This document shows, piece by piece, positions 50,348 to 64,000 of a stretch of DNA of 64,000 nt. The stretch covers positions 6,634,001 through 6,698,000 of the forward strand of contig NW_025963957.1 in NCBI RefSeq assembly GCF_023055435.1, written 5' to 3'. The notes below the pieces were generated by a model. The model was not told the DNA's origin. It saw only the letters and a list, made by a program, of their open reading frames with translations, and did not search any database. Within the stretch, counting starts at the first letter, position 1, and the number at the start of each line of letters is the position of its first letter. A program made the position numbers and the translations under genes. The DNA comes from Haliotis rufescens. Its lineage: Eukaryota.

Positions 50348-50994
50348 GTATTTAAAGTGAACGTCTTTATTTAAATCATACAACTACATAGTCTCGTGTT
50401 ATGCCGATCTTGTTGTCGTGTTAAAGATGATGTTTCACCAACACTCGAACTTTATCAGGTCGCGACACCAAGAACGTGTTTCAAACATTGTCCCCGTGTG
50501 TGCGGTGACACCCTCGAGACATTGTTTCAGTCTAGAACTGTTGTTTACTTCCTCTTCCCGGCGGCATAAAGTAAAATGATTATTTATCATAATGTTTATA
50601 TTATATAAATGTTTCGTTTGTGGATTTGATTATCAGTATTTTGTTCCTGTGCCTTTGATATTAATTAGCCTTATGTTATAAAATATCTTCTCTTTCGTTG
50701 AATACATTCACTTTGTTTTATCTTCAACTCGAAATCAGTGACTCGATTGGTCCTTTAAGACTTTTAGGTTCGGCAGAATCTTGATAACCTTTACTTCATT
50801 GATGGCCTTCAGCGGCACCCCGGTTGTCTGGAACCCTGGCTAACTCAGCATGTACCTCATGGTCCCCATAAGTGTACTTATTGATCTTATTCATATTCAG
50901 AATTCTTGCACGAACTGTTTTAAAATATCTTTAATACACTTAACATCTTTAATCTAAAGTGTACAATTATTGCAATCTTAAACTACTCCTACAG

Positions 50995-51134
50995 AAAGTT
51001 TACTGGGCGTGAGGTTCAGACTTTGGACGCCAACACGGATGGGTTAGTGGATAGGTCCGAGGCCGCGAGTTATTTCGGCTTGGACCACAACGACGCCCAA
51101 CTTGATCACTTCATGAACATGGCGGATGCGAAAC
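50995..51134 (+). CDS. Gene B coding exon 2 (EF-hand 1)
   Basis: 140 nt with intact splice sites; one V>L change relative to gene A. Confidence 0.85.
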
Positions 51135-51139
51135 GTGAG

Positions 51140-53837
51140 TTGCTGAAGACGTGACGCTAGTGGTAGCTGCAGACGTGAAGCTGGTGGTAGCTGCAGACGT
51201 GACGCTAGTGGTAGCTGCAGACGTGACGCTAGTGGTAGCTGCAGACGTGAAGCTAGTGGTAGCTGCAGACGTGACGCTAGTGATAGCTGCAGACGTGACG
51301 CTAGTGGTAGCTGCAGACGTGACGCTAGTGATAGCTGCAGACGTGACGCTAGTGGTAGCTGCAGACGTGACGCTAGTGATAGCTGCAGACGTGACGCTAG
51401 TGGTAGCTGTAGACGTGACGCTAGTGGTAGCTGCAGACGTGACGCTAGTGGTAGCTGCAGACGTGACGCTAGTGGTAGCTGCAGACGTGAAGCTAGTGGT
51501 AGCTGCAGACGTGACGCTAGTGATAGCTGCAGACGTGACGCTAGTGGTAGCTGCAGACGTGACGCTAGTGATAGCTACAGACGTGACGCTAGTGGTAGCT
51601 GCAGACGTGACGCTAGTGATAGCTGCAGACGTGACGCTAGTGGTAGCTGCAGACGTGACGCTAGTGGTAGCTGCAGACGTGACGCTAGTGGTAGCTGCAG
51701 ACGTGACGCTAGTGATAGCTGCAGACGTGACGCTAGTGGTAGCTGCAGACGTGACGCTAGTGGTAGCTGCAGACGTGACGCTAGTGGTAGCTGCAGACGT
51801 GACGCTAGTGGTAGCTGCAGACGTGACGCTAGTGGTAGCTGCAGACGTGACGCTAGTGGTAGCTGCAGACGTGACGCTAGTGATAGCTGCAGACGTGACG
51901 CTAGTGATAGCTACAGACGTGAAGCTAGTGGTAGCTGCAGACGTGACGCTAGTGGTAGCTGCAGACGTGAAGCTAGTGGTAGCTGCAGACGTGACGCTAG
52001 TGGTAGCTGCAGACGTGACGCTAGTGATAGCTACAGACGTGACGCTAGTGATAGCTACAGACGTGAAGCTAGTGATAGCTGCAGACGTGACGCTAGTGGT
52101 AGCTGTAGACGTGAAGCTAGTGGTAGCTGCAGACGTGACGCTAGTGGTAGCTGCAGACGTGACGCTAGTGATAGCTACAGACGTGACGCTAGTGATAGCT
52201 GCAGACGTGACGCTAGTGGTAGCTGCAGACGTGACGCTAGTGGTAGCTGCAGACGTGACGCTAGTGGTAGCTGCAGACGTGAAGCTAGTGGAAGCTGCAG
52301 ACGTGACGCTAGTGATAGCTGCAGACGTGACGCTAGTGGTAGCTGCAGACGTGACGCTAGTGATAGCTGCAGACGTGACGCTAGTGGTAGCTGCAGACGT
52401 GACGCTAGTGATAGCTACAGACGTGACGCTAGTGGTAGCTGCAGACGTGAAGCTAGTGATAGCTGCAGACGTGACGCTAGTGATAGCTGCAGACGTGACG
52501 CTAGTGATAGCTGCAGACGTGACGCTAGTGATAGCTGCAGACGTGACGCTAGTGGTAGCTGCAGACGTGACGCTAGTGGTAGCTGCAGACGTGACGCTAG
52601 TGATAGCTGCAGACGTGACGCTAGTGATAGCTGCAGACGTGACGCTAGTGATAGCTGCAGACGTGACGCTAGTGGAAGCTGCAGACGTGACGCTAGTGGT
52701 AGCTGCAGACGTGACGCTAGTGGTAGCTGCAGACGTGACGCTAGTGATAGCTGCAGACGTGACGCTAGTGGTAGCTGCAGACGTGACGCTAGTGATAGCT
52801 ACAGACGTGACGCTAGTGATAGCTGCAGACGTGAAGCTAGTGGTAGCTGCAGACGTGAAGCTAGTGGTAGCTGCAGACGTGACGCTAGTGGTAGCTGCAG
52901 ACGTGAGGCTAGTGGTAGCTGCAGACGTGACGCTAGTGATAGCTACAGACGTGACGCTAGTGATAGCTACAGACGTGAAGCTAGTGGTAGCTGCAGACGT
53001 GACGCTAGTGGTAGCTGCAGACGTGAAGCTAGTGGTAGCTGCAGACGTGACGCTAGTGGTAGCTGCAGACGTGACGCTAGTGGTAGCTACAGACGTGACG
53101 CTAGTGATAGCTACAGACGTGAAGCTAGTGGTAGCTGCAGACGTGACGCTAGTGGTAGCTGCAGACGTGAAGCTAGTGGTAGCTGCAGACGTGACGCTAG
53201 TGGTAGCTGCAGACGTGACGCTAGTGATAGCTACAGACGTGACGCTAGTGGTAGCTGCAGACGTGACGCTAGTGGTAGCTGTAGACGTGACGCTAGTGGT
53301 AGCTGTAGACGTGACCCTAGTGGTAGCTGCAGACGTGAAGCTAGTGGTAGCTGTAGACGTGACCCTAGTGGTAGCTGCAGACGTGAAGCTAGTGGTAGCT
53401 GCAGACGTGACGCTAGTGGTAGCTGTAGACGTGACGCTAGTGGTAGCTGCAGACGTGAAGCTAGTGGTAGCTGTAGACGTGACGCTAGTGGTAGCTGTAG
53501 ACGTGACGCTAGTGGTAGCTGCAGACGTGACGCTAGTGGTAGCTGCAGACGTGACGCTAGTGATAGCTGCAGACGTGACGCTAGTGGTAGCTGTAGACGT
53601 GAAGCTAGTGGTAGCTGCAGACGTGACGCTAGTGGTAGCTGTAGACGTGAAGCTAGTGGTAGCTGTAGACGTGACGCTAGTGGTAGCTGCAGACGTGACG
53701 CTAGTGGTAGCTGCAGACGTGAAGCTAGTGATAGCTGCAGACGTGACGCTAGTGGTAGCTGTAGACGTGAAGCTAGTGGTAGCTGTAGACGTGACGCTAG
53801 TGGTAGCTGCAGACGTGACGCTTGTGGTAGCTGCAGA
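51140..53837. repeat. 24-bp intronic minisatellite, copy B (about 112 units)
   Basis: Same unit as 10878-16408. Confidence 0.97.
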
Positions 53838-54260
53838 TTTGAACACAGTTTGTTTAGCTGACACAGTTTAAATTACTAGGTCGTTATCTCGACGAGAAAT
53901 GCGTGAATTAACATTTAAAGTCGCTTTGTGTTTTCGCGTATAGCGACATGTTAACTCAATGACGGTAGACGTGCAGTTTTAACTCAGCACGTTTTTATGT
54001 TTGGACGGTGGCAAATACCTTTAGAAAAGAATGACAGATACCTTCATAAAAGACACTTTGGAAGATCCCTATTTACTCACCATATTTCAATAGTACGATT
54101 CAAATACTATTGTCCAAACACTGTGGTTTAATCCACATGGTATTAACAACATGGAAAAACTACACTATTGCCCACCACACAGACAAACTCCACGTGAATG
54201 TACCCAGACTACTGGCCACGTGCACATCCTCAGATTGTTGTTTTCTGTTCTGTTTGAAAG

Positions 54261-54332
54261 GTGATGGCACCGTGGATCTGGACGAGTTCTTTGATGCGGC
54301 GCTGGCGTTCGAGGACCCAACTCCGGAAGCTG
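54261..54332 (+). CDS. Gene B coding exon 3 (EF-hand 2)
   Basis: Identical to gene A exon 3 (DGTVDLDEFFDAALAFEDPTPEA). Confidence 0.85.
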
Positions 54333-54808
54333 GTAATTAAAGTTTTCTTGTCGCTCACATTTCTTCCGTTACGAGTTGTTCCCTCAAACTTGGATGACGT
54401 GGCAGTCAGCAACGTACCAGCAACATCACGACGACCCGAATCATTACAGTCGCCACTTACAAGCGTAGGCTACAGGAGATCTCTTCTCAAAACGAACAGC
54501 ACATGACGCACGATACCTCTCGTGTAAATGCAGTTTGTGCGTGCGTGCGTGCGTGCGAGCGTGCGTGCGCGTATGTGTTCGCGTGTGCACGTAACATAGG
54601 AACATGTTGGTTAATATATCATTGTGTCGTGGAAAGTCTTTAACTCGTATTTGTCATTGAGTTAAACTAAATCAAATCACTGGCGTATGCATGGAATAAT
54701 GATATGGTGGCATGGCCAGCACATTCGGTTGCGGGTATATACATATCTACCGCCGACACCGTCACTACAGCAGTTCACAAATGACATATGTCGACTGATA
54801 TGTTGCAG

Positions 54809-54816
54809 CACCGTGA
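54809..54816 (+). CDS. Gene B putative terminal coding exon (AP-stop)
   Basis: tgttgcag|CA CCG TGA, with AATAAA at 54910-54915. Confidence 0.55.
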
Positions 54817-55858
54817 TCGACTGACTGACTCCAGAACGAGGCTGCAGAATGCCCACCTGTACAAAGACTTCCTTCTCCTCTTGTTGTTATTGGCGTTATG
54901 TGTGCATTGAATAAACTTTCACTGTTACATTTTGATTGTTTGTTTGTTTGTTTAAACGTTTGTTTGTTCTACCCCGGATATCACGGTCGGGTGCACATGT
55001 ACTGGAATGGCGAACACTCATGGCGGTGTATTCCTGAAAACTTCACATTTATAACGCGGAGTTGTGTTGTATTGGTCAGGAACAGTTAGGTGCAATCACA
55101 TCTTCGTGTTACAGTAAACTACGTTTATAACGAACACGCTTATAATGAACTGACGGATATAACGAAATGTATTTTGATCCCGCCCATTTGCTGTATATTT
55201 GCGGTATATATGCTTTATATATGCTTATAAATAACTACGGTTATAACGAACTAAAATTAGTGGTCTCTCTGACTTCATTATAACCGTTATTTACTGTATT
55301 TACTAAAGTCTTCAAAGACGTTTAGGGAAGAGCTGCGCATTGGTTGTTGGCACTGGAGACGCGTGCTGCGGGTGCGAAACTGACAAAGCGCAAGTCGAGT
55401 CTCCCGGTGGGAAAAAACAAATGAAATAGTTATTTTTGTTTTATGCGGCGATCAGCAGTAATCCAGCTCCATCACAGCGACCTGTAAACACTCAAATCAA
55501 TCAAATATCAACAATTCATAATGATATCAGCACTCAGTCGGGGTTCGGCTACACGCGAACAGCAGAGTGACGGACTCTCACCATCCGATCCATTTAGTCG
55601 CTTCTTACAACATTCGCGGATGAAAAGTGTGTGTGTGAGCGTGTGCGTGCGTGTGCGTGTGCGTGCGCGTGCGCGTGACAAAGTTGGGAGGGGGGAGAGG
55701 CTTTCTTAGGCATACATAACATTCTACATGTGGTCGCTGTATGGCGGGCATAGTGTCAACGTTAACCAATCTGGCCCCGCGCTTGGACAAACATCAGCTA
55801 CTGGGGATCTCATCTGACCCGCAATCCACACGGATCAGTTCCATGTCGTGTATCATCG

Positions 55859-58509
55859 GATTCTATAAAAATTACCATTTCCTGACAAATCACATCTGAT
55901 TCTATGAAGATTACCATTTCCTGACACATCACATCTGATTCTATGAAGATTACCATTTCCTGACAAATCACATCTGATTCTTTGAAGATTACCATTTCCT
56001 GACACATCACATATGATTCTATAAAGATTACAATAACCTAACACATCACATCTGATTCTATGAAGATTACCATTTCCTGACAAATCACATCTGATTCTAT
56101 GAAGATTACCATTTCCTGACAAATCACATCTGATTCTATAAAGATTACCATTTCCTGACATATCACATCTGATTATGTGAAGATTACCATTTCCTGACAC
56201 ATCACATCTGATTCTATGAAGATTACCATTTCCTGACAAATCACATCTGATTCTTTGAAGATTACCATTTCCTGACACATCACATATGATTCTATACAGA
56301 TTACAATAACCTAACACATCACATCTGATTCTATGAAGATTACCATTTCCTGACATATCACATCTGATTCTATGAAGATTACCATTTCCTGACATATCAC
56401 ATCTGATTATGTGAAGATTACCATTTCCTGACATATCACATCTGATTCTATGAAGATTACCATTTCCTGACATATCACATCTGATTATGTGAAGATTACC
56501 ATTTCCTGACATATCACATCTGATTATGTGAAGATTACCATTTCCTGACAAATCACATCTGATTCTATAAAGATTACCATTTCCTGACATATCACATCTG
56601 ATTCTATGAAGATTACCATTTCCTGACAAATCACATCTGATTCTATGTAGATTACCATTTCCTGACATATCACATCTGATTCTATAAAGATTACCATTTC
56701 CTGACATATCACATCTGATTCTTTGAAGATTACCATTTCCTGACACATCACATCTGATTCTATAAAGATTACCATTTCCTGACAAATCACATCTGATTAT
56801 GTGAAGATTACCATTTCCTGACATATCACATCTGATTCTATAAAGATTACCATTTCCTGACATATCACATCTGATTCTATAAAGATTACCATTTCCTGAC
56901 ATATCACATCTGATTATGTGAAGATTACCATTTCCTGACACATCACATCTGATTCTATAAAGATTACCATTTCCTGACATATCACATCTGATTCTATGAA
57001 GATTACCATTTCCTGACATATCACATCTGATTCTATGAAGATTACCATTTCCTGACATATCACATCTGATTCTATGACGATTACCATTTCCTGACACATC
57101 ACATCTGATTCTATGAAGATTACCATTTCCTGACATATCACATCTGATTCTATGAAGATTACCATTTCCTGACACATCACATCTGATTCTATGAAGATTA
57201 CCATTTCGTGACAAATCACATCTGATTCTATGAAGATTACTATTCCTGACAAATCACATCTGATTCTATAAAGATTACCATTTCCTGACATATCACTGCT
57301 GATTCTATGTAGATTACCATTTCCTGATAAATCACATCTGATTCTATAAAGATTACCATTTCCTGACATATCACATCTGATTCTATGAAGATTACCATTT
57401 CCTGACATATCACATCTGATTCTATGAAGATTACCATTTCCTGACACATCACATCTGATTCTATGAAGATTACCATTTCGTGACAAATCACATCTGATTC
57501 TATGAAGATTACTATTCCTGACAAATCACATCTGATTCTATAAAGATTACCATTTCCTGACATATCACATCTGATTATGTGAAGATTACCATTTCCTGAC
57601 ATATCACATCTGATTATGTGAAGATTACCATTTCCTGACATATCACATCTGATTATGTGAAGATTACCATTTCCTGACATATCACTGCTGATTCTATGTA
57701 GATTACCATTTCCTGATAAATCACATCTGATTCTATAAAGATTACCATTTCCTGACATATCACATCTGATTCTATGAAGATTACCATTTCCTGACATATC
57801 ACATCTGATTCTATGAAGATTACCATTTCGTGACAAATCACATCTGATTCTATAAAGATTACCATTTCCTGACATATCACATCTGATTCTATAAAGATTA
57901 CCATTTCCTGACACATCACATCTGATTCTATGAAGATTACCATTTCCTGACAAATCACATCTGATTCTATAAAGATTACCATTTCCTGACATATCCCATC
58001 TGATTCTATGAAGATTACTATTTCCTGACATATCACATCTGATTCTATGAAGATTACCATTTCCTGAAATATCACATCTGATTCTATGAAGATTACCATT
58101 TCCTGACAAATCACATCTGATTCTATAAAGATTACCATTTCCTGACATATCCCATCTGATTCTATGAAGATTACTATTTCCTGACATATCACATCTGATT
58201 CTATGAAGATTACCATTTCGTGACAAATCACATCTGATTCTTTGAAGATTACCATTTCCTGACAAATCACATCTGTTCTATAAAGATTACCATTTTCTGA
58301 CATATCACATCTGATTCTATAAAGATTACCATTTCCTGACATATCACATCTGATTCTATAAAGATTACCACTGCCTGACATATCACATCTGATTCTATAA
58401 AGATTACAATAACCTAACACATACCACTGCCTGACAAATCACATCTGATTCTATAAAGATTACCATTTCCTGACAAATCACATCTGATTCTATAAAGATT
58501 ACCATTTCC
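55859..58509. repeat. 39-bp minisatellite, copy B (about 68 units)
   Basis: Same unit as 18413-18825. Confidence 0.95.
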
Positions 58510-58976
58510 AAGTCTTACAATATTTGAAACAGTTGTAGTTGCCGTTGCCCATAGACAAAAAATTGAAAGAAGGGAACGTAAAATCACTTTATGTAAACTC
58601 ATATATCACCTTCGGATGTTCAGCATTCTTTTTAGCTATTATAGAAGAGTCTGTGGTTTGTTTGTATGTTTTTAACGCCAAACTATACGACAGCAGCCTG
58701 TAAACAATCGAATCTAGACCAGACAATCCAGTGACTGATATCATGAGCATCGATCTACGCCGTCAATCTACTTCACGTATTATCAACCAAGTCCACGAAA
58801 CTGACCACCGGATCCGCTGACATACCCCTGACGGCAAGCTGGGGACATATTCAAACCCCGAATCCCCACGGGTGACTCAGCAAAGAGTCTAGAGCTACGG
58901 AAACTGACGATCTTGACCGAGGCGTCTCCGGTGGCCTCCCGCACTACATGCGTCAGTTAGAGTGGTTCATGTTTAC

Positions 58977-59138
58977 GGGGGCGGTCGGGTAGCCTAGTGG
59001 TTAAAGCGTTCGCTCATTACGTCGTAGACCCGGGTTCGATTCCCGACATGGGTACAATGTGTGAAGCCCATTTTTGGTGTCCCCCGCCGTGATATCGCTG
59101 GAATATTGCTAAAAGCGGCGTAAATCATACTCACTCAC
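58977..59138 (+). mobile_element. tRNA-derived SINE (duplicate of 19293-19462)
   Basis: Same sequence, position and TSD. Confidence 0.9.
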
Positions 59139-59455
59139 TCATGTTTACGCTTTTTCGCATCTCTCTTCTATTCAGGTGCCAACAGTATAAAATACAACAC
59201 ATTTCTTTGTTTTTTTAACAACAGCAGTTTTAATGATGTCTTAATATCACACAGTATGACAACACATTATTTCACAAGTGACACTTTGAATAAATGTAAA
59301 GGGGGATTTCTTTTAAAAAACGCGATGAACAGGTTTTTTTCTCAGTCTGAGATACTTCCTCAGATTTAAAATGTTTGTATCGCCTCACTCGAGACACGTG
59401 ACCTTCCAACCTTGGATAATGATCATGTCACTATTTTGTTTGTTTGTCATTAATA

Positions 59456-60226
59456 TTACAAGGCCTCACTCGACACTGATGTATCCTGGGAAATGCCGTA
59501 CTTAAACTTGAGTTGCCCGGCAACCTTCCACGTGACCTTCTTCCCTTGGATGGTGACCATATCGGCGGGGTTGAATCTGCCTTTGGCACTCTCGTCCTGG
59601 AGGATGGTGGCTATGTCACCTTCGGTTACAGTTTGCGACGCGCCGTTGGTCATCCTGACCAGCACTTTGCCTCTGATGTGAACCTCGGCGTCAAAGTCGA
59701 ACTGGCTCTCCGTCTCCGTGACGTACAGGGTGGCCGTGGTGCGGGTGTAGGGCTGAGCCTTCACTGTGGAGTTCAGAGACCACTTGATGGAATGTTTCAC
59801 CGTGTTGTCGTCCTCCTGTTTGATGTGGACGTCGCTGCCGAAGCTCGCAGTGGATTTGGAGATGCTCTCAGGGACGTCAATGTTGATGCCGACGTCGCCG
59901 CTTTTGGAGAAGCCCTTTGTGATGCTGGTCCTGACGACGGCCTCGGTCTCCCTCTCCATCATGAAGGTGTGGCTCTGGACCTCCTCAGTGTTGTTTTCAT
60001 AGTTGGAAGTGAAGACGACCTGGGAGTTTGTGTTGCTGTTCTGGGATTGTCTTCGTCCTCCATACTGCTGCTGCTGATACATGCTGCTGGGCGTGAAGCT
60101 CGAACTGACGGTGGAGAAGTGGACTTTGTGCCAGTCGATGTCCATCGCCTTGTTGCTGGCGTTTCCGACCCCCACTCGCTGCTCCACCCACTTTCTGATA
60201 ACAGATTCAAGCTCGATGACTCCCAT
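59456..60226 (-). CDS. ETX/MTX2-like pore-forming protein 1b, 256 aa
   Basis: Intact duplicate of 1a with 7 amino-acid differences. Confidence 0.8.
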   Translation of the reverse strand: MGVIELESVIRKWVEQRVGVGNASNKAMDIDWHKVHFSTVSSSFTPSSMYQQQQYGGRRQSQNSNTNSQVVFTSNYENNTEEVQSHTFMMERETEAVVRTSITKGFSKSGDVGINIDVPESISKSTASFGSDVHIKQEDDNTVKHSIKWSLNSTVKAQPYTRTTATLYVTETESQFDFDAEVHIRGKVLVRMTNGASQTVTEGDIATILQDESAKGRFNPADMVTIQGKKVTWKVAGQLKFKYGISQDTSVSSEAL

Positions 60227-60986
60227 GTTGATTTCTGAAAGGAAAAATTAAATAAGCTTACAAACACTACCTAAATAGGTACATGTATAAATAATAGCCA
60301 CAGCCACAACGATAACAAATCTTTAATAGAGGCCACTGTACGATTCCGACTCTTGTGAACATGTGTATATACATAACTGCTTCGTTCAAATGAATTATAA
60401 AGAAATATTGATGAACACACAGGTGAGCGTGCTGACGTCAGGCATAGCATTATTCACATTGTTACATTATCATGTAATACTCTATATAGACCACCTACGT
60501 ACATTACCTCGACTCGTTTACTACACATGAAACTAAGTTATACTCTTTCAATTATTCTCTGATTCCAAAATAGCGGCTTCCACGATAAAGGAAAATATCC
60601 CTTACATGTTACTAAAAATGTTCAACTCCTATTCCCATCTTACGGCAGATATAAGGTATACATGATATTGTCGGTTGGCGATAGGTCCGATTTATATTCT
60701 GTCAGCCCTGATTAAATTTCCCTGCTAAATACCTGAGAAATAATTCCAACATCCTATATATCCTCTTGATATTTAAAAATACCAAAATGAAATTGTATCA
60801 CATACAGACAAACATATAATTTACTAAGTACAAACATATTAAAAAATGAAATTTTAGAAATATCAAACTTCCTCATTTTTTAGATAATCGGTTTTAGAAA
60901 TATCAAACTCACTTAGATTAATGAGAGTTTGCAAATAAGACACGAAAATAGGTGACGATAACGCATGACTGTATTAAAGTATGTAC

Positions 60987-61249
60987 ACCTACCTTGTGTG
61001 AGTACTGACACTTAGTATTCAGTGTAAAGGTGGGGAGAGGCAAATACTTGACTAAGAGAACGTTTGAAGCTCAGTCTCCGAATGGAAAGCAGTCCTGAAA
61101 ATAGTGTCCATTTATACCATGTTCTGAAATTAAATATAAATCCATGTCAGACCTGGAATATTCTTCACATGTTTGATGATCGGGAAATTCTTCAAGTCAG
61201 TGGATTTTCCATTCCATTGTCTGCACGTGCGCGTCGACTGGGGATTTAC
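60987..61249 (-). promoter_or_regulatory. Promoter and 5'UTR exon of pore-former 1b
   Basis: Duplicate of the 1a promoter, TATA at 61116-61110. The third kappaB-like site reads GGGGATTTAC (61240-61249). Confidence 0.55.
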
Positions 61250-61459
61250 TTTTTATTTATATCCACACGTCGACTATGCGATAAGACATCAGTGACGATA
61301 ATATATCCACATCATGTTGCTCTATCACCCTCCTGCCACAGCTCGATCGGACCACGCAGGTAACTTATCAATCAATAAGGAGACCGCGCTACGATTCTCG
61401 CGAGCAGCCGAGAAGCACACACATACATTCCCGCCTCGGCCGAGCTGCTGCGAGTCGAG

Positions 61460-61674
61460 NNNNNNNNNNNNNNNNNNNNNNNNNNNNNNNNNNNNNNNNN
61501 NNNNNNNNNNNNNNNNNNNNNNNNNNNNNNNNNNNNNNNNNNNNNNNNNNNNNNNNNNNNNNNNNNNNNNNNNNNNNNNNNNNNNNNNNNNNNNNNNNNN
61601 NNNNNNNNNNNNNNNNNNNNNNNNNNNNNNNNNNNNNNNNNNNNNNNNNNNNNNNNNNNNNNNNNNNNNNNNNN
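61460..61674. other. Assembly gap
   Basis: Run of N. Confidence 1.
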
Positions 61675-62203
61675 GAGTTAAACGGTAGTGTGGTGTCATC
61701 AGGTCGGTTCTATATTGGAGGAGAGACCCAATGACACAGACTGTAGACGTTTAATACATTACTGAAACACAGGAGCAAGGGTAGGGTGCTGACAAACCAG
61801 ATCGACCAGACCTCGGGCTAATCTCACTTATGGGCGGTGGAAATAAAGTTACTTTACTTGTATACACTGGACCCTGTCAAAAGCGGAATTTGAATATTGC
61901 GAAATGTATTTTGATATGTTTTATTACCATATTCCCGGAGTGCGACGTTCAGGGTTTTACCATACCACGTGACATCTTTAAATATCACAAAATACTAACA
62001 ACGCATTCATGAATATTATGAATTGAAGTTCTGTTATGGGTTTATTTGGAATGTTTTATGACCAGCCTACAGTAGTTATACACAATTCTTATGTCGCAAT
62101 ACAAGCTACAGCTTGATATGGCGTTTATTCCCGGAGTGGAGTGGAACCTGGTAGTTTAGACAACATGCAGTCAGGGGGCTGATAGCTTTGTTTTCCCGAA
62201 ATC

Positions 62204-62967
62204 CACATAGTTAGACAGTATATATTGTTGTGTCATCGGTACCCATAGTTAGACAGCATATATTCTTGTGTCAGCAGTACCCATAGTTTAGACAGCATAT
62301 GTTGTTGTGTCAGCGGTACCCATACTTAGACAGCATATATTGTTGTGTCAGCGGTACCCATAGTTAGACAGCATATATTGTTGTGTCAGCGGTACCCATA
62401 GTTTAGACAGCATATATTGTTGTGTCATTGGTACCAATAGTTTAGACAGCATATATTGTTGTGTCATTGGTACCCATAGTTTAGACAGCATATAGTGTTG
62501 TGTCATTGGTACCCATAGTTTAGACAGCATATATTGTTGTGTCATCGGTACCCATAGTTTAGACATCATATATTGTTGTGTCATTGGTACCAATAGTTTA
62601 GACAGCATATATTGTTGTGTCATTGGTACCCATAGTTTAGACAGCATATAGTGTTGTGTCATTGGTACCCATAGTTTAGACAGCATATATTGTTGTGTCA
62701 TCGGTACCCATAGTTTAGACATCATATATTGTTGTGTCATTGGTACCCATAGTTTAGACAGCATATAGTGTTGTGTCATTGGTACCCATAGTTAGACAGC
62801 ATATAGTGTTGTGTCAGCGGTACCCATAGTTAGACAGCATATAGTGGTGTGTCAGCGGTACCCATAGTTAGACAGCATATAGTGTTGTGTCATTGGTACC
62901 CATAGTTAGACAGCATATAGTGTTGTGTCAGCGGTACCCATAGTTTAGACAGCATGTATTGTTGTGT
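62204..62967. repeat. 38/39-bp minisatellite, copy B
   Basis: Same unit as 22540-23027. Confidence 0.93.
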
Positions 62968-63556
62968 CCCCGCAAGAACACCTTGAAGTACAACATGTAG
63001 ATTGATTGATAGTATGGGATAGTATGTTGATAATTATGCAGGTAAATTAATAAAAGTGAAGGAGTCAACAGGATCTTTGCGTCACGGACATCAGGCCGCA
63101 CCATCCCTTCGCCTTAAGCCCTTTCACTGTCGATTGTCTGGCTCACACCTTCTGAATCAGGGTAAGAAAAGGTTCCCAAGATCAAATACTTGTGGTTCAA
63201 GCCGACCTGTTATTTGGTGGTTACAATAAGTGACGTGGTCAACTGTGTGTCATGGTGCCTCAGTGTGTGACCGACCAGTGAAGATACGGGTAAGAGTAGG
63301 TCTCCGGCAACCCATACTAATCGTAAGAGGCGAATAACAGCATCTTTGGTCAGGCTCGCTGACTTTGCTGATGCATGTTATCGCGTCCCAATTGAGTATA
63401 TCGATGCTCATGATATTTATAACTGGATTGTCTTGTCCAGAATCGATTATTTATAGACCGCCGTCATATAGCTGGAATATTGCTGAGTGCGGCGTTAAGC
63501 AATAAACGAACAGTGTCACCTGGTTGATGTATGTCATCGCACTTCTGTGAGGTGGA

Positions 63557-63762
63557 GCGGTGTCCATGTCGTCCACCGGAAGCGGTGTCCATGTCGTCCA
63601 TCAGAGGCGGTGTCCATGCCGTCCATCAGAGGCGGTGTCCATGTCGTCCATCGGAAGCGGTGTCCATGTCGTCCACCAGGAGCGGTGTCCATGTCGTCCA
63701 TCAGGAGCGGTGTCCATGTCGTCCACCAGGAGCGGTGTCCATGTCGTCCATCAGAAGCGGTG
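63557..63762. repeat. 25-bp minisatellite, copy B (about 8 units)
   Basis: Same unit as 23617-23722. Confidence 0.88.
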
Positions 63763-64000
63763 CTCATATTATCAACCACTGGTTTGCCCAGACACTCACT
63801 CACTTACATATTGGTATTTTGATGTTTCCATACAACTAACATCCTACACCGACCTGTGTATGATTATAAAATGGCTGCCATAAAAGCCGAGATCCCGGCA
63901 TCAATATAAAACTCAGAAAAATCACCATGATTTTATTTCAGTCGTCATACAGACGTAGATAAATAGATGTTTCATTTGTGGGCCGAACTAACTGGCAGTC

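Larger units (their letters stand above)
44974..64000 (+). repeat. Segmental duplication, copy B (continues to window end)
   Basis: Same order of satellites, genes and SINEs as copy A. Confidence 0.93.

Noticed and set aside
51111-53871. 917 aa and 906 aa repeat ORFs
   Set aside because: Same satellite artefact in copy B.
55810-58602. SGNGNLHRIRCD repeat ORFs, with a hydrophobic leader-like ORF at 58414-58602 and 18514-18918
   Set aside because: A 39-bp satellite with frameshifts; frame and length are not conserved between copies.

Overview
Repeat-rich eukaryotic genomic DNA with spliceosomal introns and two assembly gaps. It is probably from a gastropod mollusc (abalone-like tRNA-SINEs with (ACTC)n tails; inference). 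The window holds a compact candidate innate-immune effector locus. (1) Three multi-exon genes, split by introns in the ORF track, encode precursors made of a signal peptide, a very cationic Trp-initiated Arg/Lys-rich peptide with a conserved HxGIKxxCxxYRxxxGR end, and an acidic C-terminal EF-hand domain (two EF-hands in the complete copies). They lie at 1-2000 (-, runs off the window), 9867-17378 (+) and 50127-54816 (+). (2) Three leaderless genes with uninterrupted CDSs encode 254-256 aa ETX/MTX2 (aerolysin-fold) beta-pore-forming-like proteins at 19780-20550, 36915-37679 and 59456-60226 (all -); the first and third have clustered kappaB-like sites upstream. A cassette of at least 17 kb containing one peptide gene and one pore-former gene (about 6.7-24 kb) recurs at about 45-64 kb, with its breakpoint inside a satellite. 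The rest is minisatellites (71, 20, 24, 39, 38/39, 25, 53 and 23 bp units), SINEs, MITEs and LINE fragments. The long repetitive ORFs in the track are satellite artefacts.
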